From positions 1,433,063-1,497,062 of the forward strand of contig MU053557.1 in the NCBI GenBank assembly GCA_013239625.1: a stretch of DNA of 64,000 bases, in the 5' to 3' direction. The DNA is from Lama guanicoe. Lineage: Eukaryota. The number at the start of each line of letters is the position of its first letter. Within the stretch, counting starts at the first letter, position 1. The notes below the pieces were generated by a model that saw nothing but the letters and a program-made list of their open reading frames with translations, made no database searches and was not told the origin of the DNA. The translations under genes and the position numbers were made by a program. Shown here in pieces: positions 13,893-27,084 of this stretch.

Positions 13893-14389
13893 GTTTCATC
13901 CACTTGGCTTACTGCTTTTTTTTTTAATGAAAACTAATAGAATTCTATTTAAAAGAAACACTTGTTGTGAGAGGAAATCAATACGAGGTCCGATTCAGCA
14001 GGAAAATGTTTACAAGGTTGAACTGGTTGGCATATTGCGTTTCAGTGAGCGCCGTCTCATATGACTGCGATGGAATTTTGCGAGTCTAGTGGGCAGCCAG
14101 GATATGTAAGTGAATGCCATGTGGTGGGAGTTGTGAGATAGTTTCATCCACTTGGCTTACTGCTTTTTTTTTTTAATGAAAACTAATAGAATTCTATTTA
14201 AAAGAAACACTTGTTGTGAGAGGAAATCAATACGAGGTCCGATTCAGCAGGAAAATGTTTACAAGGTTGAACTGGTTGGCATATTGCGTTTCAGTGAGCG
14301 CCGTCTCATATGACTGCGATGGAATTTTGCGAGTCTAGTGGGCAGCCAGGATATGTAAGTGAATGCCATGTGGTGGGAGTTGTGAGATA
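13893..14389. repeat. Direct tandem duplication, 2 x ~248 bp
   Basis: 13893-14140 and 14141-14389 are identical except T10 vs T11 in a homopolymer. Confidence 0.97.
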
Positions 14390-15194
14390 CCTAAGCTGGG
14401 CGCTAAACTGGTACTGGGTTTTGAGGACACCCAGACAACTTCCCACCTCAAACCAAACTGCATCCTTTGTACAACATATTTTAAGTGAGAAGAAATTAAG
14501 ATCCTATAGTAAATTTTCTTGGTAATTTTTCTATTAACAATTAACTACTTTCTATTAAAACAGTGTAATCACAGGGCTCTCTGCTCAGGGATATCTCCAA
14601 ATTCAATTTGCGGCAATCTGTTTTACAAGGATTTTTCCTGCCCAAAGAGACCAATGAGAGTTGACGATTTTACACTGCAGTGGGTGATCTTGAGTTTAAG
14701 TCTTCTAGACACAGATTCTGATAGCTACAGATTTTCATCAAGTATCCAGTAATTTATCTGTTTTAGTATTCACTGGCAATAATCTGGTCTATAAAAAGAT
14801 ACTTTCCAAATCTGTCAACTGTGTCCCCCTCTAAAAATCTTTCAAAATAATTATATTAACATTATTCACAATGAAATATTTAAATTAAAAAGTGTTTTGA
14901 TGAAAAAGAATATTAGGAAGGAAATCATTGTATAGTAAATTGAATAATGTCATGGATGGCTTAGGAGGGGACAATGTTGGCTGCATTGGCACTTATTTTT
15001 TCCGTCCTTCTTAAAATGACCATCCTCTTCTGTTCAAAGTCTACAAGACAGGTATAAATCTTTTGAAGTTTATTCTGTATTAGATAATCTTATTTCTGTG
15101 TTAACTAACTATTCAAGGCAAGGGAAAGACAATCTCATCAACAACAGGTGAGCACAGAGTAACTTGTAGGAAGTTTGCAGAAGAAGGTGGAATC

Positions 15195-15420
15195 TAGTGA
15201 CTGTCCTAGAAGCAGACGGCCCAGATTTTAATCATGTTCTGCATATTAGTAAGGGTGACCCTAAGAAAGTTAGTTAACTTTATTAAGCCTCCATTTGTTC
15301 ATCTGCAAAAATAAGCAGATAGTAGGGCTGTTCTGAGGATTAAGTGACGTTAATACACAGCATGTAAAGGCTTGGAAGAGTGGCTCAGAATAGTTACTTG
15401 TTAAATAACAGCTATTATTA
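15195..15420 (+). mobile_element. MIR SINE
   Basis: GTGACCCTAAGAAAGTTAGTTAACTT...CATCTGCAAAAAT...GGGCTGTTCTGAGGATTAAGTGA. Confidence 0.8.
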
Positions 15421-16507
15421 TTATGAGCCAGAGCAAACGCAGAGTTGTTCTGTTTTCCAGAGAAACATAGACAAGCTTTGCAAGTGCAAAAGTTCACAAG
15501 TGAGACGTATTATTTCTCAGAACCTGTGTGAAAACGCACATGACCTGTGTTCAAACACCATTATGTTTTTCCTGCAGTTACTACAGCCATCTAACTGGCA
15601 CGCCAGTCTTAACTTCCAAAACCATTCGAGGGCACAGATATCCATTCAGAGTGATCCTTTTATAATTTAGATCTGTTTAGATCCAATCCTTTAGACCACT
15701 GCAGCTTTCTCTCAGCTCTGTCATTACCTCACACTTAATGTTTTCTGACAGGAACACATTTGGCTCTGTTTCCATCATTCCTCCCCTCCAGTACTAGCCT
15801 GCACAGGTACACAGATTCACCTAGAAAACTCTTACCCATTCTCTAGGCTAAGCACAGGCTTCAGTTTAGCTAGGAGTTCTTCTCTGATCCTCTCAAATCT
15901 GGTGTATAGGGAACTCATCCATGCTCCATGATACATTGTGCATCCTTGAATCAAGCCAGATCACTGACATTTTATCTACTGTAAGTAGAAAAAGTCTAAG
16001 AACAGAGGGCAACAGAATTGAGTATAGTGTAAATTAATCACTAAAAGATTTTTTGAAATTGAAAGCTCAATGGACCATTTGAAGGAATACGTACATATCT
16101 ACCATGCTTAATATTCCTGTTTTAAAGTGATCTACTTGATGCTATTATAATGGAGTATAAAAGACCAGCAAAATATAAGCATGAAATAAGATTCATCACC
16201 ATGCAGCTCCAACACATGTTCCCAGCTCCTTTTCCAACACATCCCTCGGAATCATTATGATCTAACCGCTTTGAATACTATGTGGTACTCTAAGTTTACC
16301 TTCCATATGCCAAAGCCTCAGCATTTACGTAAGATGTTCCTTTTGCCCAGAATGCACTGTCCACATTTCTCTGCCTGGTAAAGACCCACTCATCAACAGA
16401 GCATCTCAAAAATCACCTTCCTGCCATATCTCAGAACAAATCCTTCTCTTTGGCCAACTCGATCTCTAGCCAGAAGTTATTCAGGCTCCTGTTAAAATGA
16501 GTTCATA

Positions 16508-16709
16508 CTGGTGCTGTCCAGCACAGGAGCCACTAACCAACAGCTATATGTGTGGCTATATAAATTTAAACTAACATTAAATAAAATTTAAAATTCAATT
16601 GCTCAGTCACATTTGCCACATTTCAACTGTTCAGTAATCCCATGTGCCTAGTGGCTCTCATATTGGGCAGAGCAGAAAATTTCCATCAAGTTCTATTAGA
16701 AAGTACTGA
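16508..16709 (-). mobile_element. MER3-like hAT-Charlie MITE
   Basis: GTGCTGTCCA...GTGGCTAT...CTCAGTCACATTTGCCACATTTCAA...CATGTGCCTAGTGGCT...ATTTCCATC...GTTCTATT. Confidence 0.8.
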
Positions 16710-16814
16710 TTTATACCTTGTAACTAGTGCAGTGTCCCATATAGGCACCCAGTAAATAGCCTATCATTGAATGAGTGTTGAATAAACTGCTATCTCTATG
16801 ATAGTCTTTACATC

Positions 16815-17340
16815 TGTCAGAGTTCCAGCAAGAAACAGACTTCAACTCAGTTGTTTCAAGTGAAGAGAGTTTAAATAAAGGTCCACTTCTGAGGAATTGC
16901 GCAGATAAGAGAACAAACAAGAAATGCTGAGGCAGCCGGAGAATAGCAATAGTGGAAGTCACTACAACCAAGGAAGCTCAAGTGGGAAGAAAGGAATATT
17001 TTCATTTTGTCAAATAAATCCAAGGTTTGAAGGCTTCCTCTCTTCAGGGAAGGAGGAAGCAGTGTTGCCCAGAATCCAGTGGGAGGTGGAGCTGGGGAGG
17101 AGCAGAGGATGGAAGGGGCAGCAGCCATGGAAGCATACAGCCACTGTTAGAAGCTGGGTGTCAGAGCAGGGAGGAAGTGAGGGAAGACACTCACGCCTCT
17201 GACACTCCCACCCATGACTCCATTGGCTGAACTCACCTTGAAGCCAGCCAGGAAGGGAGCAATTCACTGGGGTCAGCCTCCCAGGGCACAGAGCAGGAAA
17301 GGGAAAGGCAGAGAATGAATCTGTGGGGTAGGGAAGTAAA
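16815..17340. mobile_element. Old MaLR (MLT1-type) LTR
   Basis: CAGAGTTCCAGCAAGAAACAGA...CATTGGCTGAACTCA...GGTCAGCCTCCCAGGGCACAGAGCAGG. Confidence 0.6.
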
Positions 17341-18219
17341 GAATAATGTTTTTTCATTATATGGCTTCATTTATCTGTTAATATGTTTTCCTCACCTGCA
17401 CGACTGGGATCATTTTAACTTGTGAGCTGTGTCTGATTCTCCTCCGGTGCATAGCACAATGGGTATAAAATAATGTGTACTGAACAAAAGAAGTAATCCT
17501 TATCTTTCCTACATTAGTAGCTGTTTTCAGAAGTCGGGGTTACTATCTGTGTGGGTTGCTTGCCTGCATGCTATTATGGTACACTCACAGCCTTCCAACC
17601 TGGATTTATTTGACGCAATGGAAGTACGCTTTTCGTATGTTTTAACAATTGAAGCCATACTTTCAGGTTTTGATGCAGTTGTCAATATATCCTTTGACAG
17701 CCTGAGCACATATGCTGTTTTCGTTTTCCTTGGCATATATCTTATCCTGATGCCACAAGTCACTGACAAGCCAGTCCCCAACAGAAAAGTGTGATCAAAC
17801 ACTCCACAAAAGTATCACTTTCTTTAACAATAAGGCACCATCTGCTCTCAGATCTCCTGGCAGAATTTTTGAGAAAATGGATTGAGGCAAGAAGGAGCAC
17901 CACACCACAGAATGACTTAAAACAATGTAACAGACAACCAGGGTAACAAATGAGGAAGGGCAGCGGGGTGGGTAATGTTTCCTATCAACAGAAATGTGTT
18001 CCATTGCAGCTTTATGCCACAGATGAAGTGAAACTCCACATAAGTACAAGCATTGTGTCAACACACTTCAGTTACTTTACATAGTTTTAAAGGACGTAAG
18101 TTCTGCTTCCTGTTGATTTTGGTTCATGGGAAGTCCCAATACTGTTCTTGTGTTGGAGACTGATATTTGGGATAGAATTAAGGTAGGCTTTCCGATTTCA
18201 CCTCCTCCTAATACCTATA

Positions 18220-18410
18220 ATAGTAACACAATAATCAGTAGCATTTATAGTGTTCTCCATAGAGTGTTTCTTAGAGTGTTAAGCACAGTGGCAAATAGTT
18301 GAACTGCATTAGCTCATTAGAGATGAGAAAACTGAGGCTCAGATGTGTTAAGATATTTGCTCAAGGTGTCATAGTTAGTTGGCTAAACTAATGTCCTTAA
18401 CCATTACACA
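18220..18410 (-). mobile_element. MIR SINE
   Basis: AGATGAGAAAACTGAGGCTCAGA...TTGCTCAAGGTGTCATAG. Confidence 0.8.
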
Positions 18411-18420
18411 GTTAACTCGA

Positions 18421-18540
18421 TATCACATGGTATTTTTCTTTCTCTCTCTAGCTTACAAAGACCATCTCTAGGTCCATCCATGTTGCTGCAAATGGCATTA
18501 TTTTATTCTTTTTTGTGGATGAACAGTGTCCATTGTATAA
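18421..18540 (-). mobile_element. Short antisense L1 ORF2 3'-end fragment without 3'UTR
   Basis: Reverse complement contains AATAATGCCATTTGCAGCAACATGGATGGACCTAGAGAT...GAGAAAGAAAAATACCATGTGATA, matching 19277-19360 and 50965-51055. Confidence 0.85.
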
Positions 18541-18789
18541 TTTTTAGACCATCTTAACATTCAGAGGCAATTTGGATGCCTATGGAATAATATTTTTATG
18601 TCTATGGAATATGCCTATTTGGGAGGGTGTCTATTGAATTTGCTGCTTTTTTACACATTATTATTTTTTGCACATTAGCTCAAATTTTACCGTCTGCTTC
18701 CTGGCCTCTATTTTTACACGTTACACTTTCTCAAACCCAACACCCCTTAAAGCTCTTTCACTGGTCCCACAGCATTGCTCCATGCCACT

Positions 18790-19985
18790 CATTCAGTCAT
18801 TCATCAAACACTAAGCAGTGAACAAAATAAATCAAGTCCAGACTCTCATGGAACTTGCATTCCACTTGAGGGAAACAGACAATAAATAAATAATCACAGA
18901 AAAAAAAGGGTATCTCAGGAAAATGTTAAGGAGGAACATAAATCACAGTAAGGGTATACAGTATGGTCAGAGGCATCTTTTTGGAAGAAATGGGAATGAG
19001 GAGAAGTGCTTTTTTTTTTTTAACATCTACAAATCTAAACAAAGTGAGTGGGCAGTCTCGGGCTCCAGGAGAAGAGGGTTTCAGGCAGGGAGAGGGTCCA
19101 GGGACACTGTTCTGTGCCAGGAGTATCCTGAGAAGCACCTGTACAGCTGGAGCAGAGCAGAAGGGAGGGCGGCAGGCGGTGAGATCAGGGAGATTCAGAG
19201 GGCGTGGAGTGAGATAGGAGCCACTTAGTGGGCTTGGGTGGAAGAGTCAGGGGGATATGACGTGCACTTTAAATGACCATTTGCAGCACCATGGATGGAC
19301 CTAGAGATCGTCATTCTAGGTGAAGTAAGCCAGAAAGAGAAAGAAAAATACCATAGGATATATCACTCATATGTGGAATCTGGAAAAAAGAAAAAAGACA
19401 AATGAACTCATCTACAAAACAGAAACAGACTCACAGACATGGTAAACAATCGTGGTTACAGGGAAAAGGGGATGGGAAGGGATAAATTTGGGAGTTTAAG
19501 ATTTAGAATGTTAGCCACGATCTATAAAAATAGATTTAAAAAAGTTTCTTTTGTATAGCACAAGGAACTATGTTCAACATCTTGTAATAACCTTTAATGA
19601 AAAAAGTACGAAAACGATGTATGCATATGTATATATATTCATGACTGGGACATTATGCTGTACACCAGAAATTGACACATTGTAATTGACTGTACTTCAA
19701 TAAAAAAATAAAATAAGTGACTCACTCCAGCCTCTGTGGGAAGGACAGGCTACAGTGGTATTAGGCAGAAGCAGAGAGACCAGTTTAGAAAGTGCTGCAA
19801 TAGTCCATGTGAGTGAGAGGTGATGTGAGGTTGGCCCAGAGTACTGGTGGCAGGGGTAATGATGTCAGGACAGATTCAAAGTATCTTTTGAAAGGAGGCT
19901 TGTAGGATTGCTGATACACTCGTATGAACTATAAGAGAAAAGGAGTCGGGTGATTCCAGCATCTTTGGTCTGGCCAAACCTTACT
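18790..19985 (-). mobile_element. L2 LINE 3' region (split by the L1 at 19277)
   Basis: CATTCAGTCATTCATCAAAC terminus, CTCTCATGGAACTTGCATTC...GGAAACAGACAATAAA, and GAAGCAGAGAGACCAGTTTAGAA. Confidence 0.75.
19277..19713 (+). mobile_element. 5'-truncated L1 3' end inserted in an L2
   Basis: CCATTTGCAGCACCATGGATGGACCTAGAG...GTGGAATC followed by a 3'UTR and A tail. Imperfect TSD TAAATGAC/TAAGTGAC. Confidence 0.92.
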
Positions 19986-20411
19986 CAGGAAGGAGGTTAT
20001 CCCTAAGATTATAAGCAATAAGTTCCCAAGTCCCCTTCATCGTACTGCCACAATACCTTAACTTTCCAAGTTCACACTGCAAGAATGGAGGACACAGAAG
20101 TGAAATAAGGTCCAATCAAATAAACCATATATAGACCCCTTCCCGTAACCTTTGTTAAGCCTCCACGATACTAACAAACAGTTGAATTGTGTATATCAGA
20201 TTGAGAAGGACAAGATTTGTTCACCTCTCTCACTGATAATGTTACAGAGCTCTGATTAGATGCTCAGAGTCTAAAGGCCCAGTACTTTAATAGTGTCCTA
20301 TTCAGTTTCCTGGGAATGAATGGAGCCGGCCCATTCTGAAAAGAATTTTCTGTAAAATTTAGGATAAGAGTGACATATTTTAAGTTTTCTATCTGAGCTT
20401 CTGTCATCTTT

Positions 20412-20472
20412 TTAAAAATAAGACTATTCTATATAAGTATTAAAAATAAGACTATTCTATATAAGTATTAAA
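20412..20472. repeat. 28-bp tandem duplication
   Basis: TTAAAAATAAGACTATTCTATATAAGTA twice, exact, plus TTAAA. Confidence 0.93.
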
Positions 20473-20519
20473 TAAAAACTCAATCCCCCAGAGTTACTCT
20501 ATTATCTAAGAAGGTCCAT

Positions 20520-20752
20520 ACAGCACAGTGTAAGTTAAGTAAGTAAGAACTGAATTCTGGAAGCTGAGCACCTAGGTTCAAAGTCCAATCCGCCACTTAC
20601 TGCTGAGGGACACTGGGTAAGCTCTTGATCTCCCTAAGCCTCACTTTCCTCACCAGTGAAACAAGAATGATAACAGTACCTCTAAGTAAGTTCAAAGCAC
20701 CTAGCCTAGGTCCTGTCTTAGTAAAAGTGCTCCATATAGGTTAGATATTATT
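20520..20752 (+). mobile_element. MIR SINE
   Basis: CCTAGGTTCAAAGTCC...GCCACTTACTGCTG...CCTCACTTTCCTCACC...ATAACAGTACCT. Confidence 0.8.
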
Positions 20753-23034
20753 AATCTTTACATTTGATTTCTAATACTAAGGAGAAACAAACACACCAAA
20801 AAGGCAATAGTCATGCTAACTAAAGTGCTGCTATCTTCTTTCCTACTCTCAGCCCACGTGAGCCTGCAGATGTGCCCAGGGAAAGCATTCCATAAATAAA
20901 CAATTTGCATGAAATCATCTGTGCCTCTTCAAACTTGTGCAAATATTCAGTTTGGGCTCCATTCAAATTTCAAGCTCAAGTTCCTGCCAATTTTATGTTA
21001 GCAAAGCAGGCTTGTTCATCTTCGTTAGAAGCCTCATAAAATGATCTGTCACTTAAGAGATTGCTCACCCTCACAGGGAGATAGTGAAACGTCATCCCAA
21101 ATCAAAGCTACACAGATTGGTTCCATTTTGCACTTGGAAACCTAAGTAAGGAAGGCAATTCCACGTTTGTCGTAGCTCAGTGGTTGGTGGTAGAAGAAGC
21201 CACAACACTTACCCAGTAACTGACCTGGCTCCCCGGCAAGGCAGACATTACAGTAGAGAAAGAAACCCTCCACATAACTCAAGCCTCCTGGGATCCAGGC
21301 AACAGCAGATGCTTTGCATTTGAGTTACTCCAGCATGCCACCTCCTGAATTTATCATCTCTATTCATTTTCTGACACACATTGAAATTCTTACTTGCACT
21401 GAAAGCCATCCTGATCTGCACAAGATTGCCTGTTTTGTTGCCTTTCACTGAAGTACTAATGATTCAGTGCACCTAACAGGCAAAAGCTCTCTCAGAGCAT
21501 CTTACTGCTCAGTGCTGTTGCCACAGTCAGTTCCACTCTTCTCATTTCCAATGAACAAGGACTAGGGCTATTAGTAATTCAGTGTTCCACTGGGACCTGA
21601 GAAAATTAATAATAATAACACTAATAATAATAATAAAGATGAATGGGAATCTGATTTTACCACAGATTTTTTAATTCTATAGGTTAACCAAGAACATATG
21701 CCATTCTGGTGAAATTTATTTTGAAGATTTATTTTAGACTTTGATATTTTCTGTATCTTTTGAAGGCTTTTGGAATTTTCTTGGCTTTTGTTATGAAAAG
21801 CATACAGTTCTAAAAAACCCTGTGGTCAAGTCCAACGAAAAGAGCCATGAAAGAGAAATAATTGAGAAAGGCTTTCAAGAGCAAAAGTGAGAATTCATGA
21901 CAGGTTAAAAATAATGAAATGTGTTTTCATCTATGGGATTTTAATCAGTGCATTTTTTTTCGTATTCTTGGCCGCAAGCGTATTCTAAAATGGGTTACTG
22001 CATATAGGTTGAGGACTCGACTATACTAGTTAATATTTTAAAGTTAGAGTAGTTCCTAGTGGTAGGTCACAACTTAAGGCAAGGGAGACCACATCAGGAA
22101 GTCTATGGATTCTTACTGCGTGTTGTAGTGGAAAGTGTTCGGGTCTAGAAATTCAGAGACATGAATCCAAACCCTAGAGACTCTGTGACCTTGAGCAAGT
22201 CTCTGGATGTCCGTTCAATCAGATAATAAGCACTCAGCTCCTCCTTTGTACTAAAGAGTTGAACAGAAAGATGACTATAGAAGCTGCTATCAATTCACTG
22301 GGGAAAAAAACGCCCTGCAGGATGTTTGTGTGTTAAAAAACCCTGTGAGTGGACATCTTTAGAGCTAATCATGGTCTCCTTCCTGGCAGACTGCACCTCC
22401 CACACCCTGTGAAACTAGGCTTGTATGTATAACGTCTTTAAACCTCGGAAGATTGAACAGAAGTGAATTATTTCTGTTGAGGAGCGTCAAGAGCCAGTTC
22501 ATGACTTCCCATGTTCCCTTTCCCTCTGATGTACAGTCATGGAAGCTCACCGTCAAGGTCGAGTTTCCATAACCCTCAGTCCCTGAGTGACCGCAATATG
22601 CAAAGCCCTCCCTGTCAATCCTCAAGACACTTAGCTGTAAGGAGAAAGGAACCTCAGTCGCTTTAACCCTCTGAGATTTTGTCCTTGTTACCACAACACA
22701 GCCTACTCTAATTTATAGGCTGTATTAGAAGCATGGGTCAGATACTGTGAAACAACAGAGAAGGGTCAATTTGATCTGAATAAGGCTAGAAGTCCTGCTA
22801 AGGTAATGCTAGAAGTCCCCCAGAAGTAATGACCACTGGCCTAGGCCTTGAAGGATATGCGGCTTTAGACAGGCAGATAAGGCAAAGGAAGGAATTAGAG
22901 GAAGAGGAAACAGTGGGCTGAATAGTGCCAGGAAAGCACGCTTGCCTAGGTAGGCTGTGTGATGGGCTGGAGCTCAGTGCTGGAACTGTCAGCTAACGAG
23001 GCAAGAAAAGACTACGTCATAACTGGAATGTTCT

Positions 23035-23530
23035 TGAAATTTTCATTCTGATGAAATTTTAAATTATAGAACAACATAAACTACCTCCATATATACTTTA
23101 TCATATCCATCAACTATTCACATTTTCCTCTGTTTTACCTCTCCCTCTAGATAGATAGGTAGGCAGGTAAATACAGAGATGTGAATGCCTATATTTACAT
23201 GAAAATTATTTATGCTGAGCCCTGTAAGAGAAGTAGGAGACAGTATGTTCCTTCACTATCCTATTTCACAGTATGTTTATAAAGAATAAGGGCATCTTAT
23301 ATAACCACAATGAAATGATAAAAATCAGAAAACTTTATGCTGATATACCATTATCTAGTTTACAGGCCACATTGCAAGTCTTCTAAATTGTTCCAACAAT
23401 GACCTTTATAGCTATTTTTCTGATGGCCCAAGATCAAAATTAAGACCACACATTGCATTTAGTTATAATGTATTTTTGATCTAGAAGAGTTTCTCAACCT
23501 TCTGTGTTCCTCAGCCTTGGTATTTCTGAA
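23035..23530 (-). mobile_element. Ancient L1MC/L1ME-like 3'UTR fragment
   Basis: Degenerate motifs (AAGAATAAGGGCATCTTATATAACCACAAT; CACATTGCATTTAGTT) typical of antisense L1MC 3' ends. Confidence 0.6.
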
Positions 23531-23639
23531 TATATATACACATATATTTATTATATATAATATGCATTTATTACATTATATATAAATGTATTATATATAT
23601 CATGTATATTTAAATATGTGTATATATGGATATTATTAA

Positions 23640-24142
23640 TAATATGGAATATTATTCAGCCATAAAAAGAAAGTCCTGCCATTCGCAACAACATAATGGA
23701 CTTTGAAGGCATTATGCTGAGAGAAATCAGAGACAAATACTGTATGATTTCACATACATGTAGAATCTAGAAAAAAAGAACTCATAGAAATAGAGAACAT
23801 ATTGGTGGTTGACAGAGGAAGGAGGAAAGGGGAGGGAACTGAATGAAGATGGTCAAAATGTTCAAATTTCCAACTATAAAGTAAGTCCTGGGGATGTAAT
23901 GTACAGCAGGGTTACTATGTTTAATAGTACTGTATTGTGTATTTGCAAGTTGCTAAGAGAGTAGACCTTAAAAGTTCTCACAAGGGAAAAAAAAAACTGG
24001 TAACTATGGGTAGTGATGGATATTAACTGAACTTGCTGTGGTAATCATTTCACCATACATACATATACCAAATCATTACGTGCACCTTATGTATCTTAAA
24101 CTAACACAATGTTGTCTGTCAATTATATATCTAAATAAAACT
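23640..24142 (+). mobile_element. Old L1 3' end (L1MA/L1MB-like)
   Basis: ATGGAATATTATTCAGCCATAAAAAG...GACAAATACTGTATGATTTCAC and a 3'UTR with GTTGCTAAGAGAGTAGACCTTAAAAGTTCTCAC. Confidence 0.85.
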
Positions 24143-26239
24143 AGTATATGACCAACTGAGGGATACTGCATATTCCTTCCATGGCAGTTAGTTTATCTAA
24201 TCCACTAGTATTTCAATAAAAATTTAAGTTTAACTAATTCTTCACAAAAAATCAAAAGATCTGAAATGTTAAGTTTCATTCACTTGCCTCTTAGTATCAG
24301 AAATATTTATTACCTGAACAGTGAGCAAAATGGTTTTCTTAAAGGCGAGGCCATTATTCATTTAGAATTGAGGTGAAGTTACAACACTTTCCAAGGGAAG
24401 AAAAGCAATTTAAGCTAGTAAGACTGCTCCATCTCGTTTATGCTTCAATAATGTGTTTTTATTAAGAAGTGGGGAAAAACACTGTGAATGAAAACAGTGT
24501 CAATAACCTGGTCCACTATTTTAGCTAAGGGAATTCAGGAATATAATTTTCCTTAAGATTGATGTTAACATCTGCTATTTATAATCGTTTAGCATGGGGC
24601 TCTATGGTGCTTAATGATTAACGTTTTACCAGTGTTCCTTGGCTGGGGAAATCAAAACGGCATACATAGTAAGAGGATGTGAAGCCCATCTCATCCCCCA
24701 TGAATACATCAAAAATACATCTGCAGGTGGAACAATTCTCACTGGAAACTGGCAGAAAGACTCCTAGACAACCAAGGCTGTAAGACCCACATGTAATCAG
24801 GAAGGGAAGAGAAGTGATTGGGTCAGGACCTGTGTGTCCCTGGGAGAGGACTCAGAGAAAAAGGGGGATTGCAGGTACCCACCTTGGGGAGTAAGTGGGT
24901 TGAGCCACCGACTGTCCTGGTCCTGGGATCCTATGTGGAGGAGACCAGACCCCTTGGCTGGTTGGAGTGCAGCCAGGACAAATAGAAAGGCTGGGGAAGC
25001 CTGGACTCTGCTCACGAGGAATGCATGTGGGCTAGTCCCCAAGGCTGGCTGGAGAGAGGTCTGATCTAGCAGCTGCCAGGTTTCCAGCCAGCTCACCACA
25101 TGCCCCAGTCTGAGCAGAGAGAACATTCCAGCCTAGCTCACTCCATGCCGCAGCTAGCACTGGATCCAGGGTGGCCATTACCAAGAAAAAGCCTCAACCA
25201 TGGGACCAGATGCAACCCAGTCCTGAGGTGCTACTCGGTCAGTACCCCAGAAGCTGCCAGGTTTGTGACAGCAGCCACTCCACCACATCTTACCCCCAAT
25301 ACACTCTCTGAGTATACCACAAGGACTGCACTTGCCCTGCAGAGCTGTTCCACAGCAAGGCAGGAGCAGCTGGTCAGCGACACTGATCAGCTGTCAGAGA
25401 CAAAGGGAACTTTCCCCCAAGGCAGCGCAGAGAGAAGACTGCCTTAGCTGCTGCTAAGTTTCCTGTGAACACCTTGCCACAAGCCCAAGCCAAGTGAACA
25501 CTTTGGCCCCCCTGAATCCATGCCAGAATGTGGCACAGGATCTGGGGTGTCACAGCCAGGGAAAAGACTTGCCATGGGACAGAAAGGTGATGCAGTCCTG
25601 AGGCAGAGCCTGGGTGAGGTGGTGGCAGCTATCATTGGCACTTACTCAAGCAATGCCAGAGAAACTGCCCAGATGGCTGATGGCGGCTTCTGTACCACAC
25701 CTAATCTCGTAACACTTGCCAGGAGTCCACAAGGGACCTGACAGTCCTGTAGAGCAGCTGCACAACACAGCAGGGAGGCCAGGGGGCAGGGATCAGCAGT
25801 GAGAGACAAGAGAGACTTGCACCTGAGGCTGCATCTGAATGGAGCTGCAGACACCTGCACAGGCAGTGCCTCAGACCTCTGTCCAGCACTCCCCTCCTCT
25901 GGAGCAAAGGCCCCACACACTTAAAGGGAACAGAACCCTCAGAGCTTCAGCTCCACCAACTTGGGATCAGACCTGGCCCCTGGCAGTACCTGAGTAAGGA
26001 AGTACAGCCTCATACCCAGCACTGGCTCTAGCCTCTCTGTCTCCAGCCCCATCCACTTCCAAGGTGACAGCTGCCAGTAAACCATAAGAAAAAACATTAC
26101 TTGCATCCACCTCACATCCAGCTCCTCCGCCAAAGGCAAAGGGCACACGCAGGGATGCTCTCACACAAGACACCCCTTCAAGATGGCAACAGGTAACAGT
26201 TTCACCTGAATCCATTCATCGAGCCAGAGAAAGTTAAGA

Positions 26240-27084
26240 CAGAGAAACTATTCTTAATTGAAGGAGCAAGAAACTCTGTAAAAAAATAATGAAAGAAATA
26301 ATTTACAAGATAATTCAAAACACTGGTAATAAAAATGTTAACTGAATTAGGGAAAATAGTTGATCTAAAAAGTGAACATTTTAACCAGGAACTAGAAAAT
26401 ATAAAAATACCCAATTAAAACTGAGTAATTCAATAGCTGAAACTAAAAACATCCTAGAAGGAATGAATAGCATACTAAGTGATCCAGAAGAACACATCTG
26501 TGATCTGGAAGATAGAGTAACAGAAATCACCCAATAAGAATGGCAGGAAAATAAGATAAATAATTTTAAAAAGCAGACTACAATATCTCTGGAATAGTAT
26601 TAAGCATTCCAACATTTGCAATATAGGGGTTCCAGAAGGAGAAGAGAGAAAGAACGGTTGAAAATATATTTGAGGAAATTATGACTGAAACTTGCCAAAG
26701 CTGAGGAAGTAAACAGATACTCAGTTACAGGAAACAGAGTGTTCGAAACAAGATGAATTCATACAGACCCAAAGACATACCGTATTTATCATATCAGCTA
26801 AAAATAAAGAGAATTCTAAAGGCAACAAGAGAAAAAGTCATATTCAAGGGAACCCCATAAGGCTATCAGCTGATTTCTCTGCAGAAACTTTTCAGGCCAG
26901 AAGGGCCATGATATATTCAAAGCACTGAAAGAAAAAGAAAAAAAACCCAACCTAGGACACTCTACCCAGCAAGACATCGTTTAGAGTAGAAGGAAAGATA
27001 AAGAATTTCTCAGACAAGCAAAACCTACAATAACTCAGCAATACTGAACTTACTGTGAAAGGAATGTTGAAGGGTCCTCTCTAA
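26240..27084 (+). pseudogene. Disrupted L1 ORF1 of the older element
   Basis: Nucleotide similarity to 45979-46881 (ATAGGGGTTCCAGAAGGAGAAG; AAGGGAACCCCATAAGGCTATCAGCTGATTTCTCT), with stops and indels. 5' boundary approximate. Confidence 0.85.

Noticed and set aside
13893..20472. Direct repeats (248 bp and 28 bp) considered as CRISPR-like arrays
   Set aside because: Only two adjacent copies each, with no spacers, in a eukaryotic context. They are simple tandem duplications.
21170..21195. GTAGCTCAGTGGTTGGTGGTAGA, resembling a tRNA A box
   Set aside because: No anticodon arm, B box, acceptor stem or TSD.
24797..26414. Cluster of 65-115-aa ORFs on both strands
   Set aside because: All lie in the GC-rich decayed 5'UTR/ORF1 start of the old L1, with no recognisable protein motifs.
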